Assembly (NCBI GenBank): GCA_040143965.1
Contig: JASJQH010006924.1
Location: 1 to 38,210, forward strand
Direction of reading: 5' to 3'
Source of the DNA: Basidiobolus ranarum
Taxonomy: Eukaryota
DNA length: 38,210 nt
The notes below the pieces were generated by a model. That model was not told where the DNA came from and did not search any database. It worked only from the letters and a program-made list of their open reading frames with translations. The translations under genes and the position numbers were made by a program. This document shows, in pieces, positions 31,867 to 38,210 of this stretch (the first letter of the stretch is position 1; each line of letters begins with the position of its first letter).

Positions 31867-33522
31867 TTACACTGATTCCTCTTGGAGGGTACAAAGCAAT
31901 CTAAGAACATCAGTTAAGGAGACAACACCAACCGGGTGTCCGTTGGAATCTGCTACCCAGATACGATGGGATTTAGTAGCTAACATCTTGGCTACGGTAT
32001 GATGAAGAGTGGCTTCAGGTGGGACATCATAGATAGGTGCATGATCCTATAGATATTCAAGAAATCAATCAGTTCTGACTTGTACAATTCAACGAAACAT
32101 TGGGATACATACCGCCCCATGTTCAAGTCCTTGATCCATCCGAATTTGGGAGACAAATTGAATACAACTACCATGAAGCACCGATTGACGATAGTTCTTT
32201 TGGATATATTGCTGCAAGATGGCCAGAATGAGTATCTTAATATGATGCATAAAAGTGGGAATATTGTGGAACTTACTTTTACATCCGATAAAGATATATT
32301 GCCTAGTACGTGGTCTGATTGATCAATAACAGCTATAGATGAGAGTCCTGAACGAACTGTGATAAGAGTACCCAACAAAAAGTAAATATCAAGTATAGTG
32401 GAAAGTTAATGTACATGAATGTCTCTTACTCAATAAAGCCATGGCGTCAACAACTGGTCGATCCATGTTAATTGATACCACTTCAGATTTTCCGATTTTT
32501 AGTTCCGGTAGCTTAGAGTAGTAATACGTGAATACACATCAATAGGCTTCGAAGGATTAGAGAGACTTACTTTTTTGCTAAATAGACTTTTCAAGTCTGG
32601 ATAACTTTCGAGCTTGGAAGGAACAAGGAGTGAATGATACATTAAGATGATCCATCAAAAAAAGAGATGCACATACCTTCTTGAAGATATACTCTACGAC
32701 GAGGGATTGTGAAAGAATACCCTAAAAGTAACAAAGTCAATGATCATGTAACCAATTGAACCACCTTTTGGAAACACGTACCCGGATATCTCCAGCATTG
32801 TTAACAACGACAGCTATCCAATCAATCGGATTAAAACACGTAGAATATCAACTAGAATATCAATGATATTTACCTCTGTGGACAGATGTGCTTAGTAAGT
32901 CCAAAATCTGTATCAATGATGTATCTTCGGTGATAGAGTAGAATGGGTTTCTCTGAGATAGGTCTGAATGAATGTTAGTTTCAATACTATCAACTTTGTC
33001 GAAGTTACTTAGTGATTACCAGAAGCAAGCTTGACAGGAATACTCTCGGCATTGGAGGCTTTTTTGATGAGGTCAACAATTTCTTGCGATGTCTCGCTAT
33101 GGAGAATACTACCGCGTTCTTTGACGGCCAATACATAAGTCAACATATCACGATAGTCGAACATACCAACAAAAGCCTGGGCTTCTCTATCGTAAATAGG
33201 CGCTGAGCTAACTCCATTTTGAATCAAGGTCTATTTAGTGGAGAATTTGGTTAGGGTAATAGGAAAGAAACAGTCGATACTCATAAAATAAAAACAATAC
33301 CTGTACAGCACTTTCCAAGGTAGATTCACCGTCACTAGTTTAACCACTTGCAATTTAGTAACTCCACTTTCGAACCACTTTACTGTTGAATAAAAGCATA
33401 CTCGTTACTTACATTACTATAACCTCTTGAACTTTGAGAAGTTCTTTGGCTTTAATCATGCCCCAGTCATTCTGAAATTCAGAAAGACCAGCGCGATGAG
33501 CAGAATAATTATTTAAACTCAT
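31867..33522 (-). CDS. CBS-domain protein, Sds23/Sds24-like, about 11 exons
   Basis: Exons 33522-33413, 33334-33301, 33230-33020 and further short exons give DWGMIKAKEL, SSAPIYD..FVGMFDYRD, DLSQRNPFY, GILSQSLV, LSSIAVID..LGNISLSDVK, AKMLATKSHRIWV..PVGVVSLTDVL. Stop at 31867-31869. Confidence 0.88.
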
Positions 33523-34013
33523 GTGGGAAACGAAGTAAGGACTGGACTGGATTAGGATAAAGTTTTGGTATATCGACGTAACAATTTTAAAAGTTATTTA
33601 TTGAATTGTTGGAAAATGAACAGTCTTCAGTGTCGCTTCTAGACTCATTTATTGGTCACGGGTTACCACCACCGATTGAACCAGAGGAATCTCTCTTACA
33701 AATTAGTGGATCATTTGACGTCTTTGGCTCACAATAGCACATCTGGCTAAAAATCACCCAACTGAATTGGGTGAATTCAACTAGTATAGGGTTCATATGA
33801 AATCATCGAAAACTCCAGTGATTAATCCAAAATAATCAGTTAAGTGAATGAATCTAATCACCTTATACTTTGGTACTTAGATGAATCTCACGTCAAATAA
33901 AAGATTGATTGAAAAATAGAAACTGAGTTAACTATTGAATAGATGGAAAGTAAAATTCCCTCGTATTTTGTAGATACACTAGAAACACAGTTGACCTATT
34001 CACAACTTACAAT

Positions 34014-35551
34014 ATGACTGAAAAAAACTCCAAAACCGCCCTCTTCGTAGGTAAGTTAGATCCTCCTTTGTTTTAGAAAAGTCAAACTTAGAATATTCTC
34101 GTGTTAACCCATTATTCTTGCTGAAACCTACAGGTGGCCTCGATGAGTTGGTTAATGAAGAGATCTTATATGCGGCATTTTTACCTTTTGGCGATCTTGT
34201 AGAGGCTCAGATCCCCAACAATCCCAGTTCTCGTAAGAGCATATATTTTATAAAAGTGGATGAATACGATACGATACGATACGATATAGTTGTTAATCAT
34301 ATTATCTTGATTGAAATTCAGGTGAACAACATCGTGGTTTCGGTTTTGTAGAGTTTGAAAATGCTGAGGATGCACAAGCGGCTATCGACAATATGCATAA
34401 TTCGGAACTTTATGGAAAAGTGATCAAAGTAAATATCGCGAAACCTGGTTCTAGAAGGGAGAACCCCACACGTGCTGGTAGGTTCTATATACGTTGCATT
34501 TCATAATAGATCCTCGCGTACTAAAACTATCTTCATAGTATGGTCTGAGGATTCATGGCTCAAGGAGAATACTGTTCAAGAGACTGATGGTCAAGCCACC
34601 TCTGAACCTGCCACTAAAAAATCCAAAGTGGAGGAGGATACAGACGCACCCGTTGAAACAGGCTACACTAGCAATCCAAAGTAAGAGACCTACATATGTA
34701 TGGGTTTTCTAATCATATCATATATTTAAACGATTTATCACCAATTTCCAGGGTTTTCTTCGATATTGAAATTGGAGGAGCTAAAGCAGGTCGTATTGTT
34801 ATGGAGTTGAGAGCTGACGTTGTTCCTCGCACAGTTGCGTAAGTATTCTGAATGAGCAATTTCATAAACCCAAATATTAACGTATATATACTTTGCTATA
34901 GAAATTTCCGTGCTTTGTATGTACTTTTATGAACAAAGTAGCTTTGATCGACTTTTATATCAGTAAGCATCTAATTAATCCTTCAAATCACAGATGCACC
35001 CATGAGAAAGGTTACGGATATAAAGGCTCCTCGTTCCATCGTGTAAGATACTTCTACTTCAATAGGAATACAACATGAATTATTCAGTTAACATTAAGTC
35101 CTTTAGATTATCCCCGAGTTCATGTGTCAAGGAGGTAATTTATGCTGAAAGAAATATCGTTTTCTCATGATCGGATGCTTATACTGTTTTCAAGGGGACT
35201 TCACAAACCATAATGGTACCGGTGGTAAATCCATTTACGGAGGTAAATTTGCTGATGAGAACTTCGTTCTGAAGCATACCGGACCTGGTATAATGTCAAT
35301 GGCTAATGCTGGCCCTAATACCAACGGATCTCAATTCTTCATCTGTACCGAGAAGACTGAATGGTAAGAAGAATCTCTTTTCATTTGCAGACTCACTTGC
35401 TAACCCTTATTCTTCAAGGCTTGATGATAAACATGTTGTATTCGGTCAAGTGGTATCCGGACTCGATGTTGTACGTAAAATGGAGAAGATGGGTTCTAGT
35501 TCTGGAAAACCATCCAAGAAAGTTGTCATTAAGGATTGTGGGCAATTGTAA
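34014..35551 (+). CDS. PPIE: Cyclophilin E (RRM plus cyclophilin PPIase, Cyp33-like), about 10 exons
   Basis: Spliced product: [116 protein letters not shown]. Confidence 0.95.
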
Positions 35552-35841
35552 TCCGTGTGATAATAACACCCAAATCCCTTGGCACTTTTAGACTACCACT
35601 ATACATATATTTGAAATTAATAAACTAAGCCCTTTGAGACTATTCTTCATTAAGTGGCATCACATCGGCCATTGGTTAGAACATCCAAAAGCATCCTGAG
35701 AATACGCCTCATGATGTTTAATTAAGTTGACCATTCCATTCCCACACTTGTAAGAATAGAAATCAATACATGTATAATATTTACATAGTTCACACGAGCC
35801 TTAGTAGTCACATACGCCTGAGCGGTGACGATGGCAATGTT

Positions 35842-36786
35842 CTATGCCAAAGCTTCAAATTGTCTGAACCGCTTGTTCAGAGTTAGGCATAGTTCTAGGA
35901 AGACCTTTCTTTGACGCAAATGTTGAAAGACCTTCATGTTCCGGATCAAAGTGCATCCTTTTACCTCCAATACAGATAGATGAACACATTGTGATATCCG
36001 TGTTAGTGAGTGGTCGGTGATCATTGAGCAATTGTTCAAAGAAACGCGTTCTAGTGCACCTCTTCGTTGTTCAATCAATGTTATTAGTCCCAGATCAGAG
36101 ATATTGCAACCACTTGCACCAATGGTCAGAATGTTGGTATTCTGAGCGATTTCTATGAACGATGTATCAGTTATCCGCTCTGCTTCACTGGTGCGACCGA
36201 TGTTTAAAAAACTCAGTTTACGACAGCTTCTCGCGATAGCAGTAATCCCATGATCGGTCACTTTTGAACAAGCACGAAGATCAAGATGCTCTAAGTTTGG
36301 ACAATATGTCGCTAATAAAAGTAAAATATTATCATCCACTTGAACGCAACCAGGAAACTTAACCTGACTTAAATTAGGGTTTAACTTAATTAAAGTATGA
36401 ATGATTTCTAACTCAAGGTTATGACAAATAAAGAACTCTATACTTTCAAGACGAGTAAAGAATTTTTCAATAGGTAAGTGGAGTAGGGGAGTGGTGGTTT
36501 TTAATTGAGATAAACGAAAACTACGCGTGTATTTTGAAAAGGCATTGGTAGTCACTTCCGAAGTGGTCGGTAAACTTTGTATGAAACTTTCCAACTTGGT
36601 TTCGTTAGAGAAAGTCAGATTCATCCATAGAATTCTAGAAGCTATCTGGTTCCAGAATCTACTCACTGAAAGGCACGGATGGAGAGAATTCTCAGTGGCA
36701 AGAAACTTGAACACCACCGTCAGTAAATCCGGAAGTTCCAAAGCTTGTGACGAACACTCAGTGGCAAGTGTGGATGCTAGAGCCAT
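35842..36786 (-). CDS. F-box/LRR (cysteine-containing LRR, AMN1/FBXL-like) protein
   Basis: F-box LPDLLTVVFKFL..CLSVSRFW and LRRs such as CPNLEHLDLRACSKVTDHGI. First ATG at 36786. Confidence 0.9.
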   Translation of the reverse strand: MALASTLATECSSQALELPDLLTVVFKFLATENSLHPCLSVSRFWNQIASRILWMNLTFSNETKLESFIQSLPTTSEVTTNAFSKYTRSFRLSQLKTTTPLLHLPIEKFFTRLESIEFFICHNLELEIIHTLIKLNPNLSQVKFPGCVQVDDNILLLLATYCPNLEHLDLRACSKVTDHGITAIARSCRKLSFLNIGRTSEAERITDTSFIEIAQNTNILTIGASGCNISDLGLITLIEQRRGALERVSLNNCSMITDHSLTRISQCVHLSVLEVKGCTLIRNMKVFQHLRQRKVFLELCLTLNKRFRQFEALA

Positions 36787-37851
36787 TGGAAATAAGGTAG
36801 AATTCAATGAAAATAATAACAATCAAATAGTGCTCGGCGTGACTGTTGACAAGAAGGTAACTGCTCAGAGCCTCTATGGTTAATGGGCTATATATATGCA
36901 TCGTCGATCCGTAAAAATCAATGACACAAAGACGAAACGGTGAATGGGGTGAATCGAAACATTGTCCGTACAAGTCATCAAACCAAATGGATCCTAAGTG
37001 GCTCATATATGTTGCTATCCTCGTTACTAGTTAAAATGAGCGTTTTGGTCTGCAACATCAGCGTTAATCTGTTATGGTTATTTATTGTTATGATGATTGC
37101 TTTATGACAGGCCAATACGTTAGCGGTCTCGAAGCATTCAGGTTAGCACCGGTTAGTGCCAATCCAAGGCTTTTAATGTCAAAATTTCTCCTTTCCTGTA
37201 GGCATCTTGCATTGGAGACAATGGTTGGTGAAAAGCGATGGCCATAAGTCTGTTTATAGAAAGACACAAGTCAATTATAAATTGCCCATTTTTAGCTCGT
37301 TTGATGGCCGAGTGTCTAGAACATGAGCTAATATTGTATTCATATTCATCAAACCTGCTGGTATCAGTTGTAGAGTTAAAAGGGTGTGCAAATATCATGC
37401 CTGAAGTCAAAAAGATGTGCAAATTCCCAGCATATCCTGCTTAACACCGACCATTTTAATATCAAGTTCACAGCTCTTTCATCCCTTTTCGTGCCTGTTT
37501 CTCTCACTAAATTCACAGGGGTTCTACTATTTGCCACGTTTCATTAACTTAGCTAGGTACATTTCAGCTCTGCATTCATTTCGCACAGGGTTTCATTTCG
37601 AGGTCTAGGGTTAGGGTTGCCTGTACCTATTTGCACTCATTCGCCACTATCTGCGCCCTAGATACTTAGGGTTATACGTATATTTCTATCATTTTCTGAG
37701 GTGACGCTGAACAGAGGTGACGCAAGGTTATCCAGATATTGTAATTACTGAGCTGCCTATTTCCACTTGGATGGTCAAATTGTTACTTAAATCATATTTA
37801 CACCACAGAATCAAAGCTATTGCCACTCAGATACATGCCCATTCAAGATAT

Positions 37852-38063
37852 GTTAAGAAAGGTCCCAGGAACTTGTGTGTAGAGTTTGGGGCTTCTAGCA
37901 CAAGTTTGAAAAATCTATAGATCTGTGAACCCCTAAGTAGGTAAAAATTTTCCAAGTAATTTCCATTTGAGAATAATGGATAATATCTTAGTGAATTATA
38001 ATATAACTAAGTACTAAGCTATATACAAATATATAGGTGCTTAGGCAATGCTAATTTCAACAG
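37852..38063 (+). repeat. Dispersed repeat family, copy C
   Basis: Homologous to 20250-20441 and 18955-19014. Confidence 0.85.
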
Positions 38064-38210
38064 GAAGACACTTACCAAACATGTTCTGCTGCCAGCAAGA
38101 TGTTTCTCAGAAGACAATTCTTTGACTTAAAGATGAGGCCATGAGAAGACATTGACTCACTAATGAATAGAGTCACTATTTTAGTGGATGAAATGAAATG
38201 CATTGGAGTA

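Overview
This is eukaryotic DNA from an intron-rich, AT-rich fungus. Short GT-AG introns, a subtilisin remnant and several bacterial-type genes suggest an early-diverging lineage such as Basidiobolus (inference only). The left two-thirds is an accessory-like region. It holds a tandem pair of intronless unknown genes (copy 2 pseudogenised), decayed subtilisin, GAPDH and tRNA-Pro remnants, a small Cys-rich secreted protein, a bacterial-type HemN with two introns and an N-terminal membrane anchor, a SAM methyltransferase, two paralogous HAL/NPR-type kinases and a bacterial-type Tex. The right part has two copies of an SNORA16/snR46-like H/ACA snoRNA, a small heat-shock protein with a signal peptide, two F-box genes, an Sds23-like CBS gene and cyclophilin E. 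The most striking cross-cutting signal is a strong excess of short (TTAGGG)n tracts. Paralogue comparison shows that one of them replaced 23 bp of coding sequence, as expected for telomeric-sequence patching of an internal break. Several others lie just downstream of stop codons, all in the same orientation relative to the transcript.
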